Shown: positions 8,575 through 18,914, counted from the stretch's first letter. The stretch is 64,000 nt of DNA from Bacteroidaceae bacterium (GCA_024680695.1 JAILBW010000033.1:1068-65067); one strand, 5' to 3'. Notes: generated by a model from the sequence alone, not told the origin. A program made the numbers and translations.

Positions 8575-9780
8575 CTATAGCTTGTGGCCCATGCGGTTCT
8601 TCTTTGTCTCGAGATAGCGGCGGTTGTATTCGTTCGGTTCGATGATTACGGGTACGTTCTCCACGATTTCCAGTCCGTAGCTCTCGAGGCCGACGCGCTT
8701 CACAGGATTGTTGGTGATGAGACGTAGCTTCGAGATGCCCAGCTCGCGCAGAATCTGTGCGCCGACGCCATACTCCCGTTCGTCGGGACGGAAGCCCAGA
8801 TGGATGTTGGCATCTACGGTGTCGTCGCCCTGTTCCTGCAATCGGTAGGCGGCAATCTTGTTCATGAGTCCGATGCCGCGTCCCTCCTGATTCAGATAGA
8901 CGACTACGCCGCGTCCCTCGCGAGCTATGAGCTGCATCGCCTGATGGAGCTGTTCGCCGCAGTCGCAGCGCCGGCTGCCGAAGACATCGCCCGTGAGGCA
9001 GCTGCTGTGCATACGCACGAGTACGGGTTCGTCGTCGTCCCAGTGTCCCATCGTGAGCGCTACGTGTTCCAGTCCGTTGCTCTTCTGTCGGAAGGGGATT
9101 ACGCGGAAGTGTCCGTAGAGTGTGGGCATGTCGGCCTCGACGCCTTTCTCGACGAGCGACTCGCGCTTCATGCGGTAGGCGATGAGGTCCTTGATAGTGA
9201 TGATGTGCAGTCCGAACCGCGCGGCCACCTCTTTCAGCTGCGGCATGCGGGCCATCGTGCCGTCCTCGTTGAGGATTTCGATGAGTGCTGCTGCGGGTTG
9301 CAGTCCGGCGAGGGTGGCCAGATCGACTGCTGCCTCGGTGTGTCCTGCTCGGCTCAGTACGCCTTTTTCCTGTGCGTAGAGGGGGTTGATGTGTCCCGGA
9401 CGTCCGAAGTCGGTGGACTTCCGTGTGGGGTCGGCCAGCGCGCGGATGGTGGCGGCGCGGTCGTGAGTGCTGACGCCCGTCGAGCATCCCTCGAGTAGGT
9501 CGACCGTCACTGTGAACGGCGTGCCCAGCATGCTGGTGTTTTCCTGCACCTGTTGGGGCAGCTCCAGCTGTTGTGCCCGGCCGATGGTGATTGGTGCGCA
9601 GAGCACGCCTCTGCCGTTCTGCAGCATGAAGTTCACCTTCTCGGGTGTGATCAGTTCGGCCGCCGTGATGAAGTCGCCCTCGTTCTCGCGGTCTTCGTCG
9701 TCGACCACAATGACGAACTTCCCTTCTCGGAAGTCGGCCAATGCCTCTTCTATTGTGCTCAGTCTAACTTGCTCGCTCAT
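8575..9780 (-). CDS. ribBA: Bifunctional 3,4-dihydroxy-2-butanone-4-phosphate synthase / GTP cyclohydrolase II
   Basis: 401 aa with [10 protein letters not shown] (RibB) and CDCGEQL...EGRGIGL (RibA) motifs. Confidence 0.95.
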   Translation of the reverse strand: MSEQVRLSTIEEALADFREGKFVIVVDDEDRENEGDFITAAELITPEKVNFMLQNGRGVLCAPITIGRAQQLELPQQVQENTSMLGTPFTVTVDLLEGCSTGVSTHDRAATIRALADPTRKSTDFGRPGHINPLYAQEKGVLSRAGHTEAAVDLATLAGLQPAAALIEILNEDGTMARMPQLKEVAARFGLHIITIKDLIAYRMKRESLVEKGVEADMPTLYGHFRVIPFRQKSNGLEHVALTMGHWDDDEPVLVRMHSSCLTGDVFGSRRCDCGEQLHQAMQLIAREGRGVVVYLNQEGRGIGLMNKIAAYRLQEQGDDTVDANIHLGFRPDEREYGVGAQILRELGISKLRLITNNPVKRVGLESYGLEIVENVPVIIEPNEYNRRYLETKKNRMGHKL

Positions 9781-11689
9781 GTGCTATATGTTTGTTGATG
9801 ATTCGTTTACGGATGCTGGTGGCATGCTTCTGTATCTGCTGCATGTCGTACCACAGGCGCAGTCGGTAGCGCCAGATGCGCAGGAAGAAGAAGATGCCTA
9901 AGGGCAGGAATAGTCCCGCGGCCACGTTGAGCCGTGCATTGCGGAAAGGCCGCGTATGGGCGTCCGGCACCAGTATGGGCAGTTCGTTCAGGTGGCCTAT
10001 GATCACGTTGTCGCGGCAGTTGTGGAGCTGTTCCACGAGCTGCTCGAGCCTGTCGTTCAGTCCGATGACCGTCTTGTCCTCCGCGTAGTGGAAGAAGATG
10101 CGGATGTAGTCGGGCATTCGGCGCAGGCTGTTTGTCTGTACATAGTTGTTACACTCGCCTACGAGCCTTTCCAGCTCCTCGCTCAGGGCGGGGTAGTCGG
10201 GATTGTCGATGACGACCTCCTTGGGCGCGAGGCGTCGGTGGGCTCGCAGACCCAGCAGGCGGTAGAAGAAGTTGCGGTAGGCCTCGATGTTGAACACCAC
10301 GCTGTCCTTGTTGGCCCGATTGATGAGGAAGAGCCCGATGGGCAGCAGGACGGCGCTGCTGAGCCATACGCCCGAGGTGATGTTCCACGTTCCCGTCTTG
10401 GCCATCTTCTCGCTGCCCACGTTCACCATGTAGTAGAATATGAAGATGAGCACGCTGATGACGACCGGCACGCCCAGTCCCCCCTTGCGGATGATGGCTC
10501 CCAGCGGCGCACCGATGAAGAAGAACAGCAGGCAGGCCAGCGAGAGGGTGAACTTCTGGTTGGCTGCTATCTGGTGCTGGCGCAGGGTGAGGTTGTTGTC
10601 GGCGGCAATGACTCCGTGGAAGTCGTAGTTCGACTCCATCGCCTGTGCCCTCGACACCGCCACCTTCCAGGCCGATGTGCGCTGCTCGTTGGTCAGCCTG
10701 TCGTAGATGGAGTCGATGGTCAGTCGGCTCTCGGCCTCGTCGGCCACGATGCGTGCCGAGTCCTCTACGCCCTCGGGAATCGACTTGTCGATGTACCGCG
10801 TCAGCGCCTCCTTCGCCACGAAGTGCCCGATGCTGTCGGTCAGGTGGCGCAGCGAGTCGATGCCTGCGATGATGCCCCTCAGCTCTTTTGTCTTCGCATG
10901 TCCGGCAAAGAGGTTGGCGTCCATCATGTTGAAGTTTCCGTCGAAGGGGATCAGGTCCACCTCGTTGATGAACGACTCGCGCATGTAGGGCACCTCGGCG
11001 CGCAGCATGTTGCCGTTGCGGGTGTCCATGTTGCGGAAGCGTTCGCCGTTGTAGAGCGTCAGTTTCAGGTGCATCTTGTCGGCCGTGCTCTGCAGTCGGG
11101 CGCTGTCGGCAAGCACGATCTGCGTCTCGTCGGCGTTGCCCGTATTGTTGTATATCATCACGCCGTAGAGCACGCCCGTCTTCGGGTCCTTGTGCTCCAC
11201 GAAGAGGTTGTAGTTCGGGATTTCGCTGTAGAAGATTCCCTCGGGAATCTCCAGCTCGGGCGACTTCTGCTTCATGCTCCAGATGAGTGTGGCCAGCTGC
11301 TTCGTCGCCTCGGGCAGCACCTTGTTCTGGAAGTAGAAACTCGCGCCGCACACGACGAGCACGAAGCAGAGCACGGGCCGCAGGATGCGCACCAGCGGGA
11401 TGCCCGCAGCCTTCATCGAGAGCAGTTCGAACTTCTCCCCCAGATTGCCGAAGGATATCAGGCTTGCCAGCAGGATGGCCAGCGGGAGCGACATTGGCAC
11501 GAGCGTCAGTCCGCTGTAATAGAAGAACTTGGCCAGCACGTCCCACGACAGTCCCTTCCCGATGAGCTTCTCGACATGCTGCCACGTGTATTGCATCAGG
11601 AAGATGAACAGGCAGATGAAGAACGTACCTGCAAAGAGCAGCAGGTAGGTCTTCAGGATAAACATGTCCAACTTTTTGATAAACCTCAT
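9764..11689 (-). CDS. LptF/LptG-family LPS export permease
   Basis: [24 protein letters not shown]... is the YjgP/YjgQ N-terminal pattern, with multiple TM segments. I chose the start downstream of the predicted promoter; the ORF is open up to 11758. Confidence 0.8.
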   Translation of the reverse strand: MRFIKKLDMFILKTYLLLFAGTFFICLFIFLMQYTWQHVEKLIGKGLSWDVLAKFFYYSGLTLVPMSLPLAILLASLISFGNLGEKFELLSMKAAGIPLVRILRPVLCFVLVVCGASFYFQNKVLPEATKQLATLIWSMKQKSPELEIPEGIFYSEIPNYNLFVEHKDPKTGVLYGVMIYNNTGNADETQIVLADSARLQSTADKMHLKLTLYNGERFRNMDTRNGNMLRAEVPYMRESFINEVDLIPFDGNFNMMDANLFAGHAKTKELRGIIAGIDSLRHLTDSIGHFVAKEALTRYIDKSIPEGVEDSARIVADEAESRLTIDSIYDRLTNEQRTSAWKVAVSRAQAMESNYDFHGVIAADNNLTLRQHQIAANQKFTLSLACLLFFFIGAPLGAIIRKGGLGVPVVISVLIFIFYYMVNVGSEKMAKTGTWNITSGVWLSSAVLLPIGLFLINRANKDSVVFNIEAYRNFFYRLLGLRAHRRLAPKEVVIDNPDYPALSEELERLVGECNNYVQTNSLRRMPDYIRIFFHYAEDKTVIGLNDRLEQLVEQLHNCRDNVIIGHLNELPILVPDAHTRPFRNARLNVAAGLFLPLGIFFFLRIWRYRLRLWYDMQQIQKHATSIRKRIINKHIAHERAS

Positions 11690-11713
11690 GCCAAGTAAGC
11701 TGAAAATCGTGTG

Positions 11714-11721
11714 CAAAAGTA
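11714..11721 (-). promoter_or_regulatory. -7 promoter element TACTTTTG
   Basis: TAnnTTTG about 25 nt upstream of ATG 11689 on the minus strand. Confidence 0.5.
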
Positions 11722-11759
11722 CGATTTTTTTTCCAAACAGCAGCAATCGTCGCCACATT

Positions 11760-11807
11760 TATTTCTTCGTGCATGCGTGCGAGTATTTCTTCGTGCATGC
11801 GTGCGAG
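11760..11807. repeat. Perfect 24-bp tandem duplication (TATTTCTTCGTGCATGCGTGCGAG x2)
   Basis: Direct reading. Confidence 0.9.
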
Positions 11808-11895
11808 AGTCAAATGCAAATCTGAGCGCTGCTTGCGCACTCGGATTTCTGCGTCGGTGCGCTGTCCCCTCTCCCCGTCTCCCCCTCCTCGTTGT

Positions 11896-11905
11896 GGGGG
11901 GGGGG
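11896..11905. repeat. Poly-G homopolymer (G10) next to a C-rich tract
   Basis: The tract cccctctccccgtctccccctcc is followed by tcgttgt and then G10 agtgggg. Confidence 0.9.
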
Positions 11906-12041
11906 AGTGGGGATGTCGGTCAGCCCATGCACGAGGTAGTGCCCAAGGCGGTCAGAGCAGCCGTCAGCAGCACGGGATGAGCAACGAGGGAAATCGCTGC
12001 AACAAGATGATCAACTCGTGGATGCACAGAGGCTATGTGAT

Positions 12042-12061
12042 ACAGTATACAGTATACAGTT
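12042..12061. repeat. Heptamer microsatellite (ACAGTAT), about 2.7 units
   Basis: Direct reading. Confidence 0.8.
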
Positions 12062-12171
12062 TTCAGAAGAGCGAACGTTTCCGCCACTCCGCACGGAACG
12101 AAAAAACGTAAAAGTTTTGGGCTATGACAGAAAAAACTTCTCTTTTTCTTGTGGGAACGAAAATAAATTCA

Positions 12172-12179
12172 TACCTTTG
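12172..12179 (+). promoter_or_regulatory. -7 promoter element TACCTTTG for the tRNA
   Basis: TAnnTTTG 20 nt upstream of the tRNA 5' end. Confidence 0.6.
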
Positions 12180-12198
12180 CACCCGCAAATTTGAGGCT

Positions 12199-12275
12199 GG
12201 CGGGATAGCTCAGCTGGTTAGAGCGTCGGATTCATAATCCGAAGGTCAAGGGTTCAAGTCCCTTTCCCGCTACCA
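12199..12275 (+). tRNA. tRNA with CAT anticodon (elongator Met, or Ile2 if lysidine-modified); CCA encoded
   Basis: Manual cloverleaf: acceptor GGCGGGA/TCCCGCT, D-arm GCTC-AGCTGGTTA-GAGC, anticodon arm TCGGA-TTCATAA-TCCGA, T-arm AAGGG-TTCAAGT-CCCTT. Confidence 0.9.
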
Positions 12276-12304
12276 GACACAAATGACACACACACAGACA
12301 GAAG

Positions 12305-12347
12305 ACCCTGAAAGTAAGCAACGGCACGCTTTCGGGGTTTTCTTTTT
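12305..12347 (+). terminator. Rho-independent terminator after the tRNA
   Basis: 10-bp stem ACCCTGAAAG/CTTTCGGGGT followed by a T-rich run. Confidence 0.6.
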
Positions 12348-12401
12348 CCCAAAGCGCTGACCCCCCCTGAATCCATCAGCAATCGATACAAACTATTCAT
12401 T

Positions 12402-14648
12402 ATGAGAAAGAAAATCGTTTTCGCAGGCCTGATGTCCGCCGTGTTGCTGACAGCTTGCAAACCCTCCGCCGAAGGTGAGTCTCAGGTGCCCGTCTATCTG
12501 AATCCCGCCAAGGACATCGAGGAACGCGTCGAGGATGCCCTCCGGCGCATGACCCTCACCGAGAAGATCAACGTCATTCACGCACAGAGCAAGTTCTCCA
12601 GCGCCGGAGTGAAGCGTCTCGGATTCCCCGACTTCTGGACCGACGACGGCCCTCACGGCGTGCGCCCCGATGTGCTGTGGGACGAATGGGAACAGGCCGG
12701 ACAGACCAACGACTCGTGTGTGGCCTTCCCCGCACTCACCTGTCTCGCTGCCACCTGGAATCCCGACGTAGCCCGACTCTACGGCCACAGCCTGGGCGAA
12801 GAAGCACTCTATCGCGGCAAGAACATGATTCTCGGCCCCGGAGTGAACATCTACCGCACTCCGCTCGGCGGGCGAAACTTCGAATACATGGGTGAGGATC
12901 CCTATCTGGCCAGCCGCATGGTGGTGCCCTACGTGCAGGGGATGCAGGCGCTCGGAGTGGCTTCGTGCGTCAAGCACTACTGCCTGAACAACGACGAGGA
13001 GTATCGCCACCAGGTGAACGTCATCGTCAGCGACCGCGCGCTCCGCGAGATCTACCTGCCCGCCTTCGAGGCTGCCGTCACTGAGGGACATGCGTGGGGC
13101 ATCATGGGTGCCTACAACCTGTATAAGGACGAGCACAACTGCCACAACCAGTACACCCTGAACCAGATACTGAAGACCGACTGGGGCTTCGACGGCGTAG
13201 TGGTGAGCGACTGGGGCGGTACGCACGACCTCGACCAGGCTGTCAAAAACGGACTCGATATGGAGTTCGGCACGTGGACCGACGGACTCACGATGGGTGC
13301 CACGAACGCCTACGACCAGTACTTCCTCTCCCGCCAATACGAGCGTGCCATCAACGAGGGACGCTACACGACCGACGAGCTCGACACAAAGGTGCGCCGC
13401 GTCTTGCGGCTCTTCTTCCGCACGACGATGAACCGCGAACGCCCCTACGGCGCACTCTGTTCCGAGGCCCATTATGATGCTGCCCACCAGATTGCCCACG
13501 AAGGCATCGTCCTCTTGCAGAACGAGGGCAACCTCCTGCCTATCGACATCGAGAAAGCCAAACGCATCCTCGTCGTGGGTGAGAACGCCGTGAAGATGAT
13601 GACCGTCGGCGGCGGCTCCAGCAGCCTGAAGGCTCAGCACGAGATTTCGCCGCTGCAGGGCCTACGCGACCGACTTGCCGGCAAGGTGGAGGTGGACTAT
13701 GCCCGCGGCTATGTGGGCGATGTGGGCGGAAGCTACAACGGAGTGACCACTGGGCAGGATCTACGCGAGGACCGTTCGGCCGACGAACTGATTGCCGAAG
13801 CTGTGACCAAAGCCGAGGGTGCCGACTACGTCATCATCTTCGGCGGTCTGAACAAGAGTGACTATCAGGACTGCGAGGGACACGACCGCAAGACGATGGA
13901 CCTGCCCTACGCGCAGGACAGCCTGATCGTGGCACTTGCTGCTGCCAATCCCCGTACTATCTACGTGAATATCTCGGGCAATGCCGTCACGATGCCCTGG
14001 AGGGCTCGGGTGCCTGCTATCGTGCAGGGATGGTTCATCGGCAGCGAGGCCGGCTATGCGCTGGCTGGCGTGCTGGTGGGCGACGTATGCCCCAGCGGCA
14101 AGCTTCCCTTTACGTGGCCCAACAGCCTGCAGGAGGTGGGCGCGCATGCGCTCGATGCCTTCCCCGGCACTTGGCGCGAGGGAACGGGCATCATCGACGA
14201 GGAATACAAGGAGGGCATCTACGTAGGCTACCGATGGGTCGACAAGCAGCAGCTTACGCCCTGCTTCGCCTTCGGTCACGGTCTCAGCTACACCACATTC
14301 GAAATCAGCAACCTGCGTGCCAGCAAGAAGACGACGACCAACGGCAATATGTCGTTCACCGTCAACGTGCGCAATACGGGCAGCCGCGAGGGCGCCGAGG
14401 TGGTACAGCTCTACATTCACGATGTGGAGTGCAGCGTCGAGCGGCCCTACAAGGAGCTGAAGGCTTTCCAGAAGGTTCTCCTGAAGCCTGGAGAGAGCCG
14501 CGATGTCACACTCTCCGTCGACCGTCGTGCCCTCTCCTTCTGGGACGAGACGGCTGGCGACTGGAAGGCCGAAGCCGGCGACTTCGTGGCATTCGTGGGT
14601 AATGCCTCCGACAATCTTCCCTGCGAGGTCGGCTTCAGCCTGAAGTGA
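12402..14648 (+). CDS. bglX: Glycoside hydrolase family 3 beta-glucosidase
   Basis: 748 aa, lipoprotein-type signal (LLTAC), GH3 blocks including VVSDWGG and a C-terminal FnIII-like domain. Confidence 0.9.
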   Translation: MRKKIVFAGLMSAVLLTACKPSAEGESQVPVYLNPAKDIEERVEDALRRMTLTEKINVIHAQSKFSSAGVKRLGFPDFWTDDGPHGVRPDVLWDEWEQAGQTNDSCVAFPALTCLAATWNPDVARLYGHSLGEEALYRGKNMILGPGVNIYRTPLGGRNFEYMGEDPYLASRMVVPYVQGMQALGVASCVKHYCLNNDEEYRHQVNVIVSDRALREIYLPAFEAAVTEGHAWGIMGAYNLYKDEHNCHNQYTLNQILKTDWGFDGVVVSDWGGTHDLDQAVKNGLDMEFGTWTDGLTMGATNAYDQYFLSRQYERAINEGRYTTDELDTKVRRVLRLFFRTTMNRERPYGALCSEAHYDAAHQIAHEGIVLLQNEGNLLPIDIEKAKRILVVGENAVKMMTVGGGSSSLKAQHEISPLQGLRDRLAGKVEVDYARGYVGDVGGSYNGVTTGQDLREDRSADELIAEAVTKAEGADYVIIFGGLNKSDYQDCEGHDRKTMDLPYAQDSLIVALAAANPRTIYVNISGNAVTMPWRARVPAIVQGWFIGSEAGYALAGVLVGDVCPSGKLPFTWPNSLQEVGAHALDAFPGTWREGTGIIDEEYKEGIYVGYRWVDKQQLTPCFAFGHGLSYTTFEISNLRASKKTTTNGNMSFTVNVRNTGSREGAEVVQLYIHDVECSVERPYKELKAFQKVLLKPGESRDVTLSVDRRALSFWDETAGDWKAEAGDFVAFVGNASDNLPCEVGFSLK

Positions 14649-14673
14649 TTTCTGCTTGTAGCTGAAATAAGAG

Positions 14674-14719
14674 GCCCGGCCAGAGATCGCCGAAAGTGAC
14701 GATTCAGGCCGGGCTTTTT
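14674..14719 (+). terminator. Stem-loop plus T5 after the GH3 gene
   Basis: GCCCGGCC ... GGCCGGGC 8-bp stem with an inner helix, followed by TTTTT. Confidence 0.55.
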
Positions 14720-14786
14720 GTGTGGATATTATTGATATTCCGCGCGTTTTGCCCGAGTTGCAATAAATGCTGACAATCCTCTCTGT

Positions 14787-15281
14787 CTACAGCAGCGCGA
14801 CGATTTGCTCCAGCCAAAGGCGGTCGGTGGCGTCGAAGGTGGCGAGGTGTTCGCTGTCGATGTCGAGTACGGCGACGACTCTCCCCTCGCGGACTACGGG
14901 CACGACAATCTCGCTGCGCGAAGCCGACGAGCAGGCGATGTGTCCGGGAAACTGCTCGACGTCGGGCACCACCTGTGTCTCGCTCTTCGCCCAAGCAGTG
15001 CCGCACACTCCTCGCCCTCGTCCGATCCGCGTGCAGGCAATCGGACCCTGAAAGGGACCCAGCACCAGCTCTTCGTCGGGTGAGTCGGCAGAGCTGGGCC
15101 CGATGCTCATTACGCGATAGAAGCCCGTCCACCAGAAGCGGAATGTCTCGTGAAGCGCTGCTGCCATATTGGCCATTCGGGCTATCGGGTCGGGCTCGCC
15201 CTCAAGCAACGCCTCGATTTGCGGCAGCAAGGCACGATATCGCTCTTCCTTTGTGCCCTCCGGAGTTGACAGATGTTCCAT
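14787..15281 (-). CDS. GAF-domain protein (free methionine-R-sulfoxide reductase-like)
   Basis: 164 aa. GPFQGPIACTRIGRGRGVCGTAW matches the YebR/fRMsr family pattern. Confidence 0.8.
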   Translation of the reverse strand: MEHLSTPEGTKEERYRALLPQIEALLEGEPDPIARMANMAAALHETFRFWWTGFYRVMSIGPSSADSPDEELVLGPFQGPIACTRIGRGRGVCGTAWAKSETQVVPDVEQFPGHIACSSASRSEIVVPVVREGRVVAVLDIDSEHLATFDATDRLWLEQIVALL

Positions 15282-15288
15282 GAGCGGC

Positions 15289-16464
15289 TTACTTCTCTAC
15301 CCACTTCACCCACTTGGGCTCCTCGCCATATCCCGACGCGACCATCGTCTCGATGAACTGGAGTCCTCGCACACCATCGTGGACGTCGGGGAAGTCAAGA
15401 TATTCGGGACGGGGCGTCTCGCCGGCAGCTTTGGCTCTGACGGTGTGGACGAAGTTGCGATAGATGTTGGCAAATGCCTCGATGTATCCCTCGGGATGTC
15501 CTCCGGGAGTGCGCGTATTCCATTTTGCCAGCGGAGACATGTAGCCGTTGCCCGTGCGGACTATCTCGGCGGGACGGTCGGCCCATCGGATGGTCAGCGT
15601 GTTGGGCTCCATCTGGTGCCATTCGAAGCCTCCCTTCTCGCCATAGACTCGGATAGCAAGTCGGTTCTCCTCGCCGGCCGCCACCTGAGTGGCATGCAGC
15701 ACGCCGCGTAGTCCGCCTGTGAAATGGAGGAATGCTGCGGCGTTGTCATCGACGGGCCGCCCTTCGACAAACGTACTGAGTTCGGCACATAGTTCGACCA
15801 CCTGCTCTCCGGTGATGTATTCCGAGAGGTGCCAGGCGTGGGTGCCGATGTCGCCCACACAGCCTCCCTTGCCTGTCTGCGAGGGGTCGGTGCGCCATCC
15901 GGCATTGTTGCCGCCCAGCAGTTCGATGCGCTCCGAGAGCCAGCCCTGGGTGTATTCCACATAGACGAGCCTGAGCCGCCCCAGCTGTCCCTCGGCGATG
16001 CGCGTCTTCATCTCCTTGACGGCGGGATAGCCCGAATAGGTGTGCGTCAGCGCTAAAGTGCGTCCCGTCTGGCGAACTTTTTCCTCAAGTTTCAGGGCCT
16101 CCTCGAGCGAGAAGGTCATGGGTTTGTCGAGCACTACGTCGAATCCCATATCGAGGGCGAGTGCTGCCTGCTCGTAGTGCACCTTGTTGGGCGTAACGAC
16201 GGCCACGAAGTCCATTCGCTCTCCGACTGGAAGCTGTGCTTCGCGCTCCATCATCTCGCGATAGTCGTGATAGATGCGTTCCTGCGGGAGGTGCCACTTC
16301 TGCCCAGTCTCGAGCGAGGTCTGATAGTTGCGGCTGAAGCATCCGCATACGAGTTCTATGTCGTTCTCCATCAATGCTGCGCGCAGATGGATGGGGCCAA
16401 TCATGGCGTTTCCGCCGCCACCGATCATGCCCATTCTAAGTTTTCTGTCCTTCATACAATTCAT
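15289..16464 (-). CDS. Gfo/Idh/MocA-family oxidoreductase
   Basis: N-terminal Rossmann motif MGMIGGGG and family-typical length. Confidence 0.85.
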   Translation of the reverse strand: MNCMKDRKLRMGMIGGGGNAMIGPIHLRAALMENDIELVCGCFSRNYQTSLETGQKWHLPQERIYHDYREMMEREAQLPVGERMDFVAVVTPNKVHYEQAALALDMGFDVVLDKPMTFSLEEALKLEEKVRQTGRTLALTHTYSGYPAVKEMKTRIAEGQLGRLRLVYVEYTQGWLSERIELLGGNNAGWRTDPSQTGKGGCVGDIGTHAWHLSEYITGEQVVELCAELSTFVEGRPVDDNAAAFLHFTGGLRGVLHATQVAAGEENRLAIRVYGEKGGFEWHQMEPNTLTIRWADRPAEIVRTGNGYMSPLAKWNTRTPGGHPEGYIEAFANIYRNFVHTVRAKAAGETPRPEYLDFPDVHDGVRGLQFIETMVASGYGEEPKWVKWVEK

Positions 16465-16490
16465 GATTCACGATTATACTATTCTTTCTT

Positions 16491-17486
16491 TCAGCTCTTT
16501 ATCGCCTCGTCGAACTTGATGTCGGAGGGCGGGAAGTCGATTCGCCGCACGAACTCGCAGGCTTCGCGAGCGCCGAACTCGCGGTCCATCCCCGAGTCCT
16601 CCCACTCGACGGAGAGGGGACCGTCGTAGCCGTAGGCATTCAGCACCCGGATGATTTCCTCGAAGTTCACGTCGCCGTGACCCAGCGAGCGGAAGTTCCA
16701 TCCGCGCCGCAGGTCGCCGAAGTCGATGTGCGAGCCCAGCAGTCCGTTGCGTCCGTTGAGGGTGACGGCACAGTCTTTCATGTGGACATGATAGACGCGG
16801 TCGATGAAGTCCTCGAGGAAGATGTGCGGCGTAACACCCTGCCATTGAAGGTGACTGGGGTCGAAGTTCAGGCCGAACTCGGGACGGTCGCGGAACTTCT
16901 CGAGCAGGCGCTTGGTGCTGTAGTAGTCGAAGGCTATCTCGGCCGGATGCACCTCGAGGCAGTACTTGATGCCCTCCTGCCGGAAGACGTCGAGGATGGG
17001 TGTCCACAGGTCGTATATCTCCTGATATCCGCGCTCGATCATCTCCTCGGTGGTCTGTGGGAAGGAATACATGTATTTCCAGATGGGCGAGCCCGTGAAG
17101 CCCGTCACACAGTAGGCTCCCAGCTTGCGGGCAGCGACGGCCGAAGCCTTCATCGTCTCGATGGCCCATTGGCGAATGCCGTCGGGATTGTCGGCCAGTT
17201 CGGCGGGAGCGAAGTTGTTCAGTCGCGGGTCGGCATAGTCGCCGACACACTGACTGGGTACGTGGGCGCACAAAGCCTTGACCACCAGCCCGTGACGGCG
17301 GAAGACGGCCTTGATGCTCTCGACATACTTGTCGTCCTGCGCAGCCCTCAGCGGGTCCAGGTGATTGCCCCAGATGGCCAGTTCGATACCATCGTAGCCC
17401 ATTTCGGCTGCCTTGCTGCAGAGGGTTTCGAGGTCCATATCGGCCCACTGGCAGCTCATTAGAGTCACTAATCTTGCATTTCTCAT
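16491..17486 (-). CDS. Sugar phosphate isomerase/epimerase (xylose-isomerase-like TIM barrel)
   Basis: 331 aa with GYDGIEL...HVHMKD family pattern. Sits adjacent to the oxidoreductase, as is usual for this family. Confidence 0.8.
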   Translation of the reverse strand: MRNARLVTLMSCQWADMDLETLCSKAAEMGYDGIELAIWGNHLDPLRAAQDDKYVESIKAVFRRHGLVVKALCAHVPSQCVGDYADPRLNNFAPAELADNPDGIRQWAIETMKASAVAARKLGAYCVTGFTGSPIWKYMYSFPQTTEEMIERGYQEIYDLWTPILDVFRQEGIKYCLEVHPAEIAFDYYSTKRLLEKFRDRPEFGLNFDPSHLQWQGVTPHIFLEDFIDRVYHVHMKDCAVTLNGRNGLLGSHIDFGDLRRGWNFRSLGHGDVNFEEIIRVLNAYGYDGPLSVEWEDSGMDREFGAREACEFVRRIDFPPSDIKFDEAIKS

Positions 17487-17511
17487 GTTCTTGTCTCTGT
17501 TTGATTTTCTG

Positions 17512-17519
17512 CAAATTTA
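17512..17519 (-). promoter_or_regulatory. -7 promoter element TAAATTTG
   Basis: TAnnTTTG about 26 nt upstream of ATG 17486 on the minus strand. Confidence 0.5.
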
Positions 17520-17690
17520 CGACAAATCCCGTTTCGTTCCAAATTTCTGGGGAAGAAAGTGTCGAGACAGTCTTTCGCTTCATCCTTTCGACGTTAAAAA
17601 TGTCTCGCGCCGACTACTTTTCTTCACCGAAAGTGTCGTCTTTTGCCGCAAGGGGGAGAGCCAATCTGCGATTTGAGACAATTCGAAAAC

Positions 17691-17756
17691 GCGACACTTC
17701 GCAGGAGCCAATGCGACACGTCGCGGAAGCCGATGCAACGCGTCGCGGGAGCCGAT
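17691..17756. repeat. 3 x 22-bp tandem repeat, each unit carrying a GCGAC-NN-GTCGC palindrome
   Basis: Units at 17691-17712, 17713-17734 and 17735-17756, immediately 3' of the acyltransferase stop. Confidence 0.85.
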
Positions 17757-17763
17757 GCTTGCC

Positions 17764-18786
17764 TTAGTATCCTCTCGCTTTACTCGCAGTCGCAGCGTAT
17801 CGTCCGCTCAGCCAAGGTACAGCCTCGAAGTAGGGTACAAGCCAGGCACAGAGGCCGAAGATGAGCGGAATGAGGATGAAGACATCGTCGAGGTGGTGAT
17901 AGATGCTGCGGCCGAAGCTCAGATGGGCGAACTTGTAGGCATAGAGCATCGGATAGTGGAGCAGGAAGAAGACCATCGAGTGCTCGCCAATGTAGTTGAT
18001 GAGCGGAATTCTGGGAAGGCGCAGTGCGAGGAGTACGCCGGCAATGCCTGTGAGCGCAAGTGTGACGCCCACAAGTCCTGCCCAGGGATTGTCGCGAAAC
18101 GTGTTGTTACTCATCGAGTAATTCCCGTGCCACAGCGTGTTGCATGCCACGAAGGCGGCAAGCAGCAGCAATGAGACAGCCAGCATCGTGCGCCGTCCCG
18201 CATGCACCATCAGCCACGACCACAGCCGACCGACGTAGAAGAAGAATACGCCCATGAAGACGTTGTTCAGGTTCAGCCACAGTGGATTACCTATCTGCCA
18301 AAGCCACACTCCCACAAGTGGGAACGCTGCCACTATCCAGTGGAGTCGAGGCACCTTCTCAATGAAATGCACTACTACGTAGGACATGAAGAAGGAGAGG
18401 AGAAACCAAGTGGGATTGTTGCCGTAGTGGGACGACGTCTCCCACAGATGGTCCCACGAAAGTGGCTCGATGGGCTTGTGGTAGCGGGCTATCATTCGCG
18501 GCAGGAATGCGAAATACACAGCGTTGCCCAACAGACCGCAGGTGGCCCAGGGGACGAGCAGCCGACGGAAGCGGTCCTTCAGGTAGGGCCAGGTCTCGCC
18601 CTGCACTCCTTTGTTGAAATAGCCGGCCTTGAAGAAGAAGAAACTCATGAAGAAGTAGCTCCAATACATGATTTCGACCCACCAAGGCTCGTCGTTCTTG
18701 CCGCACATCGTCATTATGTGCAGCGTCACCATCCGCACGATGCAGATGCCGCATAGGAGGTCGAAGGCATGATTTCTTTCTTTCAT
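17764..18786 (-). CDS. Acyltransferase-3 family integral membrane protein
   Basis: About 10 TM segments. N-terminal NHAFDLLCGICI resembles the acyltransferase_3 start. I chose the ATG at 18784-18786 over the GTG at 18822. Confidence 0.75.
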   Translation of the reverse strand: MKERNHAFDLLCGICIVRMVTLHIMTMCGKNDEPWWVEIMYWSYFFMSFFFFKAGYFNKGVQGETWPYLKDRFRRLLVPWATCGLLGNAVYFAFLPRMIARYHKPIEPLSWDHLWETSSHYGNNPTWFLLSFFMSYVVVHFIEKVPRLHWIVAAFPLVGVWLWQIGNPLWLNLNNVFMGVFFFYVGRLWSWLMVHAGRRTMLAVSLLLLAAFVACNTLWHGNYSMSNNTFRDNPWAGLVGVTLALTGIAGVLLALRLPRIPLINYIGEHSMVFFLLHYPMLYAYKFAHLSFGRSIYHHLDDVFILIPLIFGLCAWLVPYFEAVPWLSGRYAATASKARGY

Positions 18787-18798
18787 AGCAGTTGGGGG

Positions 18799-18864
18799 CA
18801 AGGGTTCAAGAGTTCTTCGCACTAAAGGCGAAGCGGCAGAGCCGAGCGCAAGAGTTCAAGGGTT
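18799..18864 (-). repeat. REP-like mosaic module (octamers + CGCTCGG..CTGCCG + CTTCGC-CTTTAGT-GCGAAG hairpin + octamers)
   Basis: This is the inverted copy of the module at 46345-46424. It lies in the 5' UTR directly before ATG 18786. Confidence 0.85.
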
Positions 18865-18914
18865 CGCCGCCAGTACTCTCCTCTCCTTTGTTTCGTATTG
18901 AGTCAATCAAGATA

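Noticed and set aside
9764-9780. Possible FMN riboswitch upstream of ribBA, or of ribF at 60383-60700.
   Set aside because: The ribBA start overlaps the end of the upstream Lpt permease gene, so there is no leader. The ribF upstream region lacks any RFN-like conserved core that I could recognise.
12199-12275. Whether either CAT-anticodon tRNA (this one or 60777-60850) is the initiator tRNA-fMet.
   Set aside because: Neither has three consecutive G-C pairs at the base of the anticodon stem (the stems read TCGGA/TCCGA and ACAGA/TCTGG). Neither has the C1-A72-type mismatch typical of bacterial initiators. They are elongator Met or lysidine-dependent Ile2; the sequence alone cannot separate these.
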